64,000 bases of DNA from an uncultured Bacilli bacterium. Lineage in GTDB: Bacteria; Bacillota_I; Bacilli_A; RF39; UBA660. The notes beneath the pieces are model-generated. The model was not told where the DNA came from, made no database searches, and was given only the letters and a program-made list of their open reading frames with translations. The position numbers and the translations under genes are program-made. Location: assembly GCA_947625505.1 (NCBI GenBank), contig CANQON010000004.1:23498-87497 (forward strand), read 5' to 3'. Below are positions 19,063-28,519 of the stretch, in pieces (position 1 is the first letter of the stretch; each line of letters starts with the position of its first letter).

Positions 19063-20382
19063 ATGAAGTACTTAATTATTCCATTATGTAAATTTATACA
19101 ATTTGTCTTAGTAAAATTAGGTCGCGGAACATCATATCCAGGTAAACTAGCTTTAAAATTAGATAAAAATATTTTAAAGAAAATAGATAAACCTAAAACG
19201 ACTATATGTATTACAGGTACTACAGGTAAAACTAGTATCTGTGGTATATTATCTGAAATATATAAACACGCTAATATTAAAGTTGGTAATAATTTAAAAG
19301 GCGCTAATTTAAAAAGAGGTATTGTTACTCTTTTCTTAGAGAATTGTACTTTAACAGGCAAGATGAAAGCTGATGTCTTAGTTATCGAAGTTGATGAAAG
19401 ATATGTTAAAGAAATATTTAAAGATTTTACGCCTACTTATTTTATTATTAATAATTTATCACGTGATCAATTAGCGCGTAATGGACATTTTGATTTAGTA
19501 TGGCAAGAAATTAATAACGCTATTACCGATGATATTCATTTAATCTTAAATGCTGATGATCCAATGATTGCGAAGTTCGCTATTAAACATAAAGGAAAAG
19601 TAAGTTATTATGGTATGGCTAAAAATAGTTTATCAGTTAAAAGTCATAATGAGTTTTTAGATATTATGTACTGCCCTATTTGTCATAAAAAATTAATTTT
19701 TGATTACTTCCATTATGGAAATTTAGGTAATTATCATTGTCCTAATAATGATTTTAAAAGGCCTAAAGTTGAACATGAATCTTACTATAATGATGACTTT
19801 AGCTTTACAATAGATAAACAAAAAATAAAGATGAATAATGAAGCAATTTATAATGTTTATAATTTATCAGCTAGTTATGTTACAGCTTTAGAAGATGGTA
19901 TTGATAAAAAAATAATTGTTGAAGCTTTAAATAATTTATCACTTAAAGTAAAAAGATTAGATACTTTTAAGTTAGGTAATGCCCAAGGAGTATTACTTCT
20001 TAGTAAAAACGAAACACCAATGTCTTATAATCAATCATTAAATTATATTAGTAAACAAAAAGAAGATAAAACAGTTATTATTGGTTTTGATCGTGTTAGT
20101 GGACGTTATGACTTAAAAGATTTATCATGGCTATATGATATTAATTTTGAATTATTAAATAATGATAGTGTTAAAAGAATAATATGTGTAGGTCCTTTTG
20201 CGCATGATATTGCCTTAAGACTTAAATATGCTAACATAGATCCTGAAATTATGATGACTTATGATTCATCTAGTAATGTTATTGACATTATTAAAGAGAA
20301 GACAATTGGACAAGCTTATTGTATGTTTTACTTTGACATCTTCTATCGTGTTAAAGACTATATTCATAAGGAGGTAAAATAA
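19063..20382 (+). CDS. murT: lipid II isoglutaminyl synthase, Mur-ligase subunit MurT
   Basis: GTTGKTS P-loop, NNLSRDQLARNGHFD, LNADDP, Cys4 ribbon CPICHKK...YHCPN, and a C-terminal DUF1727-like LSWLYDINFE. Confidence 0.85.
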   Translation: MKYLIIPLCKFIQFVLVKLGRGTSYPGKLALKLDKNILKKIDKPKTTICITGTTGKTSICGILSEIYKHANIKVGNNLKGANLKRGIVTLFLENCTLTGKMKADVLVIEVDERYVKEIFKDFTPTYFIINNLSRDQLARNGHFDLVWQEINNAITDDIHLILNADDPMIAKFAIKHKGKVSYYGMAKNSLSVKSHNEFLDIMYCPICHKKLIFDYFHYGNLGNYHCPNNDFKRPKVEHESYYNDDFSFTIDKQKIKMNNEAIYNVYNLSASYVTALEDGIDKKIIVEALNNLSLKVKRLDTFKLGNAQGVLLLSKNETPMSYNQSLNYISKQKEDKTVIIGFDRVSGRYDLKDLSWLYDINFELLNNDSVKRIICVGPFAHDIALRLKYANIDPEIMMTYDSSSNVIDIIKEKTIGQAYCMFYFDIFYRVKDYIHKEVK

Positions 20383-21104
20383 TGCAGATAAATATTGCTT
20401 ACTTATATTATGACTTATTAAATCTTTATGGTGAAAATGGTAATATTAAAGCTTTAAAAAAAGAATTAGAACATCAAGGTGTAGAAGTTAATATTCATTT
20501 TGTTACTATTGATGAAGAATTAGATTTAAATAATTATGATTTAATATATATAGGCGCAGGTACAGAAACTAATCAAAAAATTGTTATTCCTCATTTAATG
20601 AAATATAAAAAAGATATTGAAAAGTCTATAAATAATAATAAATTCTTTTTAGTAACAGGTAATTCTATTTCGCTATTTGGTAAATATATTGAAACTAATG
20701 AACAAAAAATAGATACCTTAGGTATATTTAATTATTATACTAAAGAAGAAGATTTTCGTATGTCTGATGAATGTATTATGAAGTGTTCATTTTTAGATAA
20801 GCCAATAATTGGTTATCAAAATCAAAGTAGTGTTATGAAAGATAATCCTAAGCCTATGTTTGAAGTAATTAAAGGAATTGGTAGTTATCCTAAATCACAA
20901 ACTGAAGGTATTCATGATCATAATTTTTATGGTACTTATGTTATCGGTCCTATCTTAGTTAGAAATCCTGAATTATTAGAACATTTAATTCGTGAATTAT
21001 TAACTTCTAAAGATAAAGATTTTAAATTTAAAGAATTTGATTTAAAACAAAATAAAGAAGCTTATGAATCATTCGTAAAAACTTTTTACGCTGATATCAT
21101 CTAA
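20382..21104 (+). CDS. gatD: GatD-like (CobB/CobQ-type glutamine amidotransferase) partner of MurT, apparently lacking the catalytic Cys and His
   Basis: ATG overlaps the murT stop. N-terminal YLYYDLLNLYGENGN and overall collinearity with GatD. The nucleophile elbow reads LVTGNSISLFG rather than a G-x-C-G-G-x-Q type, and the C-terminal motif reads TYVIGPIL rather than YLHGPIL. Confidence 0.75.
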   Translation: MQINIAYLYYDLLNLYGENGNIKALKKELEHQGVEVNIHFVTIDEELDLNNYDLIYIGAGTETNQKIVIPHLMKYKKDIEKSINNNKFFLVTGNSISLFGKYIETNEQKIDTLGIFNYYTKEEDFRMSDECIMKCSFLDKPIIGYQNQSSVMKDNPKPMFEVIKGIGSYPKSQTEGIHDHNFYGTYVIGPILVRNPELLEHLIRELLTSKDKDFKFKEFDLKQNKEAYESFVKTFYADII

Positions 21105-21421
21105 GCTTCTTTTACTTTTACTCTACCATTAAATTTAGAATAATAATCACTTAATAATTCACTAAATAAATCATCATCTAAATTTAAATAACGAATATTT
21201 AAAACAATATTATTAATACCATAATCGGATATAATACGATACAACTTATTTTTAAAAGATATAACGCTTTCTTCATCCATAATACCTGATAAATTAACAA
21301 ATAAAGTATCATTTGTATATATAATATCTGATTTCAAATTTGCCTCCTTATTATCAATATAACATACTAATATAGATAAAAAAAGGGATTCGACAAAACC
21401 TGTCAAATCCTTATACAACAT
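21101..21421 (-). CDS. hypothetical protein (weak STAS/anti-sigma-antagonist-like pattern)
   Basis: 106-aa ORF overlapping the upstream hemolysin-III gene end by 11 nt. Confidence 0.4.
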   Translation of the reverse strand: MLYKDLTGFVESLFLSILVCYIDNKEANLKSDIIYTNDTLFVNLSGIMDEESVISFKNKLYRIISDYGINNIVLNIRYLNLDDDLFSELLSDYYSKFNGRVKVKEA

Positions 21422-22073
21422 ATAGTAAGATAGAAAAGAACTGAAAGATACTTCCTCCTAAAACAAAGAAATGCCATATAGAGTGCATATATTTTACCTT
21501 ACTACCTATTAAGTAGATAACAGCGCCTATAGTATATATTATGCCTCCAATAAATAATAATATGACACCTGTACGATCCAAATTAGTTATCAATGTTTTT
21601 AAAGAGAAAATAATCATCCATCCCATAATTAAATATAAAGGGAAAGCTATCTTAGAAAACTTTTGAAGATTAATACTATTACCTATAATACCAATTATTG
21701 TTGCAAGCCAAATAATTGATAACATAACAATACCTTTTAACCCTCCAATAACAAGTAATAAAAATGGTGTATAACTACCTGCAATTAAAAGGAAAACACT
21801 GCAATGATCAAAAATACGAAACACTCTTTTAGCCTTATTAGGTTTAAAAGAATGGTATAAACAACTCATTAAATAAAGTATAATTAAGCTACTACCATAT
21901 ATAACACTAGATACAACACCTAAAGTATTATGATGCATAGCTGAAAAAACAACACATAATACTAAAGCAGCAATCGAAAGTAAAACACCTATACCATGTG
22001 AAATAGCGCTTATTAATTCCTCACCTAATGTATATTTAGGTAAGCTTTTATTCTTATCATCTATTTTTTTCAT
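21411..22073 (-). CDS. hemolysin III / PAQR-family membrane protein
   Basis: 7 TM helices, SAISHGIG, YHSF, DHCSVFLLIAGSYTPF and HSIWHFFVL motifs. Confidence 0.85.
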   Translation of the reverse strand: MKKIDDKNKSLPKYTLGEELISAISHGIGVLLSIAALVLCVVFSAMHHNTLGVVSSVIYGSSLIILYLMSCLYHSFKPNKAKRVFRIFDHCSVFLLIAGSYTPFLLLVIGGLKGIVMLSIIWLATIIGIIGNSINLQKFSKIAFPLYLIMGWMIIFSLKTLITNLDRTGVILLFIGGIIYTIGAVIYLIGSKVKYMHSIWHFFVLGGSIFQFFSILLYVV

Positions 22074-22120
22074 TTAATCACCTACTTCCATTATATAGTA
22101 TTTTTAATATTTATACAAAT

Positions 22121-22142
22121 AAAAAAGGCAATTAATTGCCTT
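22121..22142 (-). terminator. rho-independent terminator of hsp20
   Basis: AAGGCAATTAATTGCCTT palindrome followed by TTTTTT on the minus strand. Confidence 0.75.
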
Positions 22143-22548
22143 AATCATCAATATCAATATATCTTTTAGTTTCGACTTTTTCTTTATCTTCTTTAGGTAA
22201 AGTAACATTTAAAACACCATTTTTAAATTGTGCTTTTATATCATCTTCAGATACATCTTCACCTACATAGAAACTACGTGAGAATTCACCTGAATATCTT
22301 TCACGACGAACATACACACCTTTTTCTTCATCATCTTTATGAGCATTTGTTTTAGCTTGAATAGTTAAATAACCATTCTCCATTGATATGTTAATGTTCT
22401 CTTTATCAAAGCCAGGTAAATCAACTATTAATTCATAATGATCATCATGTTCCTTAATATCTGTCTTCATTACCTTATTATTTGATTCAAAGAATGAATC
22501 AAAATCATCAAATAAGTCGAAATCATTTCTTCTTGGTACTAACATCAT
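22141..22548 (-). CDS. Hsp20/alpha-crystallin small heat-shock protein
   Basis: Alpha-crystallin core DIKEHDDHYELIVDLPGF...F.R.F.L......I.A.F.NGVL.V.LPK. Start at the ATG at 22548, behind an AAGGAAAGGGTG RBS. Confidence 0.9.
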   Translation of the reverse strand: MMLVPRRNDFDLFDDFDSFFESNNKVMKTDIKEHDDHYELIVDLPGFDKENINISMENGYLTIQAKTNAHKDDEEKGVYVRRERYSGEFSRSFYVGEDVSEDDIKAQFKNGVLNVTLPKEDKEKVETKRYIDIDD

Positions 22549-22652
22549 ATATATCACCCTTTCCTTATGTGTTGCCAACATATAGGTAGCACAAAATATA
22601 ACATTATACCATAAGAGTTATTTCTCTTACATATATAATGTTATCACTTTCT

Positions 22653-22679
22653 TTAGCACTTGTCAAGTATGAGTGCTAA
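22653..22679. promoter_or_regulatory. CIRCE operator (HrcA binding site) upstream of hsp20
   Basis: TTAGCACTT-N9-GAGTGCTAA, one mismatch to the TTAGCACTC-N9-GAGTGCTAA consensus. Lies about 105 nt upstream of the hsp20 start. Confidence 0.8.
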
Positions 22680-22705
22680 TAATATTATACCCTATTAAAT
22701 AAATT

Positions 22706-23650
22706 TTATACTATTAAAACAATATCTTCTATTTTATCTAAATAAGGATATTCTAAAATATTACCTAATGCGACTTTTTTATCAGTCGCATTAGCATGAA
22801 TAATATAGTTATTACCTAAATATAAAATAACATGCCCTTGCATATATAGTAAACATAGATCTATTTTTTTTAATATATTTAAATTAAACTTAATTCTTTT
22901 ACCAATACTTTTTACTTGATCAGCTGTATTACGAGGAAAATATATTCCAAATACACGATAAATATTTCTTACAAAACTAGAACAATCTATTCCCTTTTTA
23001 CTTCCCCAACTATAAGGAATATCTAAATACTTTAAAGCTAGCTTAATAACATTATCTTTATTATAATTTAAATATCCTAAATGACTATCTATCTTAGGTA
23101 TTTTAACTAATTTTTTTATTAATATTCCATAATAATAATTTTTATCTTCTTTTAGATAAGGAATTTTATCTCCCATATCCAATATTAAATCATCAATTAT
23201 TAACTTAGCTTTAGTAATGATAATAAACTTTTTTGAATTAAGAATATCATAGTTTATAACATACATAATATCTTTCTTTTTTACCCAACCAATATAATAA
23301 TCAGTAATAATAAAATCCCATAATTTATCTTTACTTTCATGAATACTTAAAGTAGGACTATTAATAGCTAGTTCACTTTCTTGTAATATATCAAAATTAT
23401 TTTTATTAAGAAAAAGCTTATCAGTTGGATAAGCTTTTATATTAGTACGATTAAGGGTTATTCCTTTATAAGTATTAGTATTAATATGTTCTAAATCTAA
23501 ATTATCTAAATGTAAATCAGGATAATAACTTACATACCTTTTTATATCATCTAGGGATAAAGATTTATTTAAATCATAGAATAAGGCTTTTTTCCTTATA
23601 TTTAAATTAAACTTATTAATATCTAAAGATATTTTAATCACCTTTCTCAT
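22706..23650 (-). CDS. NlpC/P60 (C40) cell-wall peptidase with N-terminal SH3-like region
   Basis: GIDCSSFVRNIYRVFG nucleophile motif and the GHVILYLG His motif. Confidence 0.8.
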   Translation of the reverse strand: MRKVIKISLDINKFNLNIRKKALFYDLNKSLSLDDIKRYVSYYPDLHLDNLDLEHINTNTYKGITLNRTNIKAYPTDKLFLNKNNFDILQESELAINSPTLSIHESKDKLWDFIITDYYIGWVKKKDIMYVINYDILNSKKFIIITKAKLIIDDLILDMGDKIPYLKEDKNYYYGILIKKLVKIPKIDSHLGYLNYNKDNVIKLALKYLDIPYSWGSKKGIDCSSFVRNIYRVFGIYFPRNTADQVKSIGKRIKFNLNILKKIDLCLLYMQGHVILYLGNNYIIHANATDKKVALGNILEYPYLDKIEDIVLIV

Positions 23651-24101
23651 TAATAATGAAGGTAGCTGTTTTTAATTTCTTTAATACACGACGACGTCTT
23701 CTATTTTCTAAATCAGTAATGATTTCTATTTCAACCATTTCCCATATTAGAACCCAACCACATATTAATAATATTTCATGTAAAACAGAAGCATCACCTA
23801 AGAATGTAGCTCCAAATATAATAATTACTCCCACAATAAAATATATTAGTTGCATAATATTATTTAATTGATAACGACGGAAGTAACGAAAATAATCATT
23901 CTTAAATCCTTCTTTAATTAATGCTTCACAATTAGTATGTCCAATATAATCATTGATAACTATTGTTATTTTATCTTTTAAAGAAAAGGCATTAGCTCTT
24001 GTAACAATATAATCTACTAAATCACGAGCAACAATACTATCATCATATCTTTCATATAAATCTTCTTCTTGTTTTAAATCTATTTTTATTGTTCTTTCCA
24101 T
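23634..24101 (-). CDS. hypothetical membrane protein
   Basis: 155 aa with two central TM helices, overlapping the NlpC/P60 gene start by 17 nt (operon). Confidence 0.5.
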   Translation of the reverse strand: MERTIKIDLKQEEDLYERYDDSIVARDLVDYIVTRANAFSLKDKITIVINDYIGHTNCEALIKEGFKNDYFRYFRRYQLNNIMQLIYFIVGVIIIFGATFLGDASVLHEILLICGWVLIWEMVEIEIITDLENRRRRRVLKKLKTATFIINEKGD

Positions 24102-24202
24102 AATTTTAACTCCTAACTCTAGTCTACCTATTTAATTATATCACAAATCATCTTTAATTATTATCTATTTATGTGCTATAATGAAAAAGAAAAGAGGTAT
24201 GT

Positions 24203-25291
24203 ATGAAAAAGATATATTTATGTATAACTATTATTATTGCAGGATTATTATTTTGTGTAGGTAGTGTATACATTATTCATAAAACAGCACTAAAGAATCA
24301 TTTCACCAAAGAAGATTATAAGGATAGCGATTTAGAAGTAGTTCTATCTTTAGAAGATGATATTGAAACTGATAGTGTTTGGTGTGGTACTTTTAATCTA
24401 GTATGGAATGATTTAAAAGAACAATATGTAAAACAAGATATTATTTTTGATGAACCTATCGCTAGTGTTAACAATTTAAATAAAGGAACATTTAATAAAA
24501 ACTATTTAAATGCTGATAGCTATTATATTAAAAATGGATATCAAACATATAAATTAAAAGAAGAAATAGAACAAAATATTAAGGAAAAATTTAATGAAGA
24601 AAGTGATATCTTAAATGACTTCGAATGGGAAGAAGAGTCACAAAATATCTTCTTATATGCAATGTTAAAAAAAGAGTTTAAATTTGAAACAGCTTTTACT
24701 AAGTTAAGTAATGGAAAGTTTAATAATTATAATAATGTTAAATATTTTGGAATAGATGGTACTACTAAAGATAAAGTACGTAAGCAAGTAGAAGTTCTTT
24801 ATTACGTATCTGATGACGAGTTTGCTATCAAACTTTTAACTAAAGATAATGATGAAGTTATCCTTGTTAAAGGTAATCCAAATAAATCATTCTTAAGTAT
24901 ATATAATGATGTTATAACAAAAAGTTCTACTAATTTAGATGTAACTTTAGGAGAAAATGATTTTGTTAAAATTCCTTATATAGATTTTAAAATTAAAGAA
25001 GAATTTAAGGAACTAGAAAATAAAACATTTACTTTTAGTAATAATAAAGAATATTATATATCTAAAGCTATGCAAACAATTAACTTTAGTCTAAATGAAC
25101 AAGGGGGAAAAATAAAAAGTGAAGCAGGAATAGGTGTTAATGAATCAGCAAGTCTAGCTGAAACGCCTAGATATTTATATCTAGATGATACTTTTGTAAT
25201 TTTCTTAAAAGAGAAAGATAAAGACTTACCTTACTTTGGAGCTAAAATTAGTAATATAAGTAATGTCCAAGATGATGTTAAATTAAATTAA
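24203..25291 (+). CDS. membrane-anchored serpin-fold protein
   Basis: N-terminal TM anchor. IFLYAMLKKEFKFETAF is serpin s3A-like. C-terminal KAMQTINFSLNEQGGKIKSEAG...PRYLYLDDTFVIFLKEKDKDLPYFGAKISN parallels the serpin hinge, RCL and s4B/s5B motifs. TGTGCTATAAT extended -10. Confidence 0.55.
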   Translation: MKKIYLCITIIIAGLLFCVGSVYIIHKTALKNHFTKEDYKDSDLEVVLSLEDDIETDSVWCGTFNLVWNDLKEQYVKQDIIFDEPIASVNNLNKGTFNKNYLNADSYYIKNGYQTYKLKEEIEQNIKEKFNEESDILNDFEWEEESQNIFLYAMLKKEFKFETAFTKLSNGKFNNYNNVKYFGIDGTTKDKVRKQVEVLYYVSDDEFAIKLLTKDNDEVILVKGNPNKSFLSIYNDVITKSSTNLDVTLGENDFVKIPYIDFKIKEEFKELENKTFTFSNNKEYYISKAMQTINFSLNEQGGKIKSEAGIGVNESASLAETPRYLYLDDTFVIFLKEKDKDLPYFGAKISNISNVQDDVKLN

Positions 25292-25316
25292 AAACGTGTA
25301 AAAACACGTTTTTTTA
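25291..25316. terminator. bidirectional terminator
   Basis: AAAACGTGT-AAAA-ACACGTTTT hairpin followed by a T-run, between convergent genes. Confidence 0.75.
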
Positions 25317-25736
25317 TAAATCTTCTTCAGTTATGACTTTAAAACCATTATCTATTAGTAACTTAGCAGTAACACCATTACCATCTATAAGTGTTTTACT
25401 AAATGTTCCATCATAGATATGTCCACATCCACAGGCAGGACTACGAGCTTTTAATATAGCATAATCAATATTTAATTCTTTAGCTAATCTTAATACTTCT
25501 AAAGCTCCCTTTTCATATTCTTGGCTTACATCAACATGATCTTGACGCATAACTTTCATTTGTTCTAAGTCTATTATCTCCGCAGGCAATCTAGGGGTTG
25601 TTAAGCCTCCTAATTGTTCAGGGCAAACAAGAATAGCTTCCCCTTTCTTAACTAGTTCCCATACTTTTTCATTATAATTATTATGTCCATTATATTTACA
25701 GTTAACACCTGCTAAACAAGCACTTACTAAAATCAT
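25314..25736 (-). CDS. DUF523 (YbbK / 2-thiouracil desulfurase-like) protein
   Basis: MILVSACLAGVNCKYNG N-terminus and SPACGCG motif. Confidence 0.75.
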   Translation of the reverse strand: MILVSACLAGVNCKYNGHNNYNEKVWELVKKGEAILVCPEQLGGLTTPRLPAEIIDLEQMKVMRQDHVDVSQEYEKGALEVLRLAKELNIDYAILKARSPACGCGHIYDGTFSKTLIDGNGVTAKLLIDNGFKVITEEDL

Positions 25737-25744
25737 AGTTCTCC

Positions 25745-27121
25745 TTAATTAACTTCATCATAACTTGATAAAGAAACAATTACTGTCTTTTCTTTATATT
25801 CTCTACCACTTGTATATTTAACTTTTAAAGTTACTTTTTCATTAGCTCTTTTTAGTTCTAATACCTCACTAATATCAGAGAATTGTGTAACTGTTTTACC
25901 ATCTATAGAAACAATAATATCGCCAATTTCTAGTTTAGCTTTATCAGCTCCACTTCCCTCTACAATACTACTTATATAGAAGCCTTCTGGCATATTATAA
26001 GCTTCACTATATGATTCCGTTATCATATAGCCACTTACTCCTAAGTATCCACGTTCTTTATCTGTTAAGTTTTCACCATTCATAAGTCTGGTAATTAAAT
26101 CTTTAACATCAGATATAGGAATAGCAAAACCCATACCTTCAATACTAGCAGAACTTGAAGTAGCACTAGATGAATATTTAGCTGAATTAATACCTATTAC
26201 TTCACCTTTACTATTTAGTAAAGCTCCTCCACTATTTCCTCCATTAATAGCGGCATCTATTTGAATCATATTCATTGTGTTATTATCAATTGTTACTTCT
26301 CTATTTAAAGCACTAATAACTCCTGTTGTTACTGATTGACCATAACCTAAGGCATTACCTATCGCAATAACACCATTACCTACTTTTAAAGCATTACTAT
26401 CACCTATAGTAGCTATCTTAATTGATTTTAAAGTATCTTCATCTAAATCATCTAATTTTACAGTTATGATAGCAACATCACGAGTAGCTGAACTACCCTT
26501 TACTTTAGCATCAACACTCTTATTATTAATAAATTGAACACTTAAAGAATTAGCATCTTCAATAACATGATTATTCGTTAAAATCATTAATTCTGTATCA
26601 GATTTACTAACAATAATACCAGATCCTGCTCCTGTAGCATATTCTTCTCTATTAGAAAACCAAGGTCCATAGTTTCCACTACTTACTCTTGTTTGACTAG
26701 TAATAGCTACTATTGATGGCATAGCATTATCTACTACTTCTGATACATCAGTAATATATACTCCCTCTTTAACATCAGATACTTCTGTATATTTTAATTC
26801 AATATCATTTTTATTTTCTTTCTTTTTAGATTCAGCTGTATCTTTTGGAATAATACCATTAACATATAAATAAATGAATAAAGCTACTAAAGCACAAAAT
26901 ATCAATATAGCAAATATCGCAATAGTTAATGTTTTACTATCTTTTTTATTTTGTTCTTGATATTTTTTATTTAATTCATTATATAGTTTTTGCTTTTCAT
27001 CAGTTTCTTCTTGTTTACTTACTTCTTTAGAAACTTCTTCTTTAGGTTCTTCTGCTTTAGTATCATCAACTACCTCTGCATCACCTATTACTTTGTTTTC
27101 TTCATTTTCTTTTTCTTCCAT
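25745..27121 (-). CDS. htrA: HtrA/DegP-family serine protease with PDZ domain
   Basis: TM anchor, catalytic TNNHVI / RDVAII / GNSGGALLN, and a C-terminal PDZ (GDIIVSIDGK). Confidence 0.9.
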   Translation of the reverse strand: MEEKENEENKVIGDAEVVDDTKAEEPKEEVSKEVSKQEETDEKQKLYNELNKKYQEQNKKDSKTLTIAIFAILIFCALVALFIYLYVNGIIPKDTAESKKKENKNDIELKYTEVSDVKEGVYITDVSEVVDNAMPSIVAITSQTRVSSGNYGPWFSNREEYATGAGSGIIVSKSDTELMILTNNHVIEDANSLSVQFINNKSVDAKVKGSSATRDVAIITVKLDDLDEDTLKSIKIATIGDSNALKVGNGVIAIGNALGYGQSVTTGVISALNREVTIDNNTMNMIQIDAAINGGNSGGALLNSKGEVIGINSAKYSSSATSSSASIEGMGFAIPISDVKDLITRLMNGENLTDKERGYLGVSGYMITESYSEAYNMPEGFYISSIVEGSGADKAKLEIGDIIVSIDGKTVTQFSDISEVLELKRANEKVTLKVKYTSGREYKEKTVIVSLSSYDEVN

Positions 27122-27161
27122 ACTTTTTATCTCCTTTACTAATAAGATTATAAATTATTAA

Positions 27162-27178
27162 TGTGTCGATTTTGTGAA
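27162..27178. promoter_or_regulatory. direct repeat TGTGTC-N5-TGTGAA over the -35 region of the htrA promoter (candidate response-regulator site)
   Basis: Hexamers at 27162-27167 and 27173-27178, 11 bp apart, 10-26 bp upstream of a TATAAT (27152-27147, minus strand). Confidence 0.3.
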
Positions 27179-27204
27179 AACAACATCCTATATATAAGTA
27201 TAAC

Positions 27205-27228
27205 ATAAAAGAGTCATAAATGACTCTT
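27205..27228 (-). terminator. probable terminator of serS
   Basis: AAGAGTCA-TAAA-TGACTCTT hairpin right after the serS stop. The T-run is short (TTTTAT). Confidence 0.55.
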
Positions 27229-27229
27229 C

Positions 27230-28519
27230 TTATTTTTTAGGTTCAATAACCTTTTTTCCTCCCATATAAGGTTGTAATACTTTTGGTACTTTGACACTAC
27301 CATCTTTTTGATAGTTATTTTCAAGTAAAGCAATTAACATTCTTGGAGGAGCAATAACAGTATTATTTAAAGTATGAACAAACTCTTTATCTCCATTATC
27401 TTTTTTATAACGAATAGCTAAACGACGAGCTTGAGCATCTGTTAAATTAGAACAAGAACATACTTCAAAATATTTTTGTTGACGTGGACTCCATGCTTCA
27501 ATATCACATGAACGATATTTTAAATCAGCTAAGTCTCCACTACAACATACTAATTTGCGAACAGGTATATCTAATGTTCTAAATAATTCAACTGAGTAAT
27601 TCCACATTTTATCATACCATGCTTCACTATCTTCTGGTTTACATAAAACAACCATTTCTTGTTTTTCAAACTGATGAATACGATATACGCCTCTTTCTTC
27701 AATACCATGAGCTCCTACTTCTTTTCTAAAGCATGGAGAGTATGAAGTCATTGTAATTGGTAATTCACTTTCTTTAATAATTTGATCTTTAAATTTAGCA
27801 ATCATAGAGTGTTCACTTGTACCAATTAAATATAAATCTTCTCCTTCAATTTTATACATCATATTAGATTTTTCTTCAAATGACATAACACCATCAACAG
27901 CATCACTTCTAATCATATAAGGAGGTATACAATAAGTAAAACCTTTATCAATCATAAAGTCACGAGCATACGCTAAAACAGCACTATGTAAACGAGCTAT
28001 ATCACCCATTAAATAGTAAAAACCATTACCACTTACACGAGCTGCCGCATCTTTATCTAAACCATTAAAACTTGCCATAATATCAGAATGATATGGAATT
28101 TCATAATCAGGAACAATAGGTTCGCCAAATTTTTGTTCTTCAACATTATGAGTATCATCTTCACCAATTGGTACATCATCAGCAATAATATTAGGTATAA
28201 CCATCATTTTTTCTTTAATTGTTTTACTTAATTCTTCTTCCTTATTAGTTAATTCTGTTATTTCATTACCCATTTGCGCTACTTCATCTTTTAATTTCAT
28301 AGCTTCATCTTTTTTACCTTCACGCATTAAAGCACCTATACTATCACTAATACGATTTTTCTCAGCTTTTAAATTATCAGCTTTAGCTTTAGCGTCACGA
28401 TATTCTTTATCTAAATCGTATACTTCATCAACTAAAGGTAATTTCTTATCCTGAAATTTCTTCTTAATATTTTCTTTTACTAATTCTTTATTTTCTCTAA
28501 TTAATTTTATATCTATCAT
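27230..28519 (-). CDS. serS: serine--tRNA ligase
   Basis: N-terminal coiled coil and class II motifs (GTSEHSM, YRIHQFEKQE, CSGDLADLKYRSCDIEAW, TLNNTVIAPPR). Confidence 0.95.
   Translation of the reverse strand: MIDIKLIRENKELVKENIKKKFQDKKLPLVDEVYDLDKEYRDAKAKADNLKAEKNRISDSIGALMREGKKDEAMKLKDEVAQMGNEITELTNKEEELSKTIKEKMMVIPNIIADDVPIGEDDTHNVEEQKFGEPIVPDYEIPYHSDIMASFNGLDKDAAARVSGNGFYYLMGDIARLHSAVLAYARDFMIDKGFTYCIPPYMIRSDAVDGVMSFEEKSNMMYKIEGEDLYLIGTSEHSMIAKFKDQIIKESELPITMTSYSPCFRKEVGAHGIEERGVYRIHQFEKQEMVVLCKPEDSEAWYDKMWNYSVELFRTLDIPVRKLVCCSGDLADLKYRSCDIEAWSPRQQKYFEVCSCSNLTDAQARRLAIRYKKDNGDKEFVHTLNNTVIAPPRMLIALLENNYQKDGSVKVPKVLQPYMGGKKVIEPKK

Noticed and set aside
18939-19361. 140-aa minus-strand ORF overlapping the promoter region and the 5' part of murT.
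   Set aside because: It is antisense to murT, which has a clear P-loop and RBS. It would also run through the GntR-operon promoter/operator. There is no RBS and the sequence is hydrophobic junk-like.
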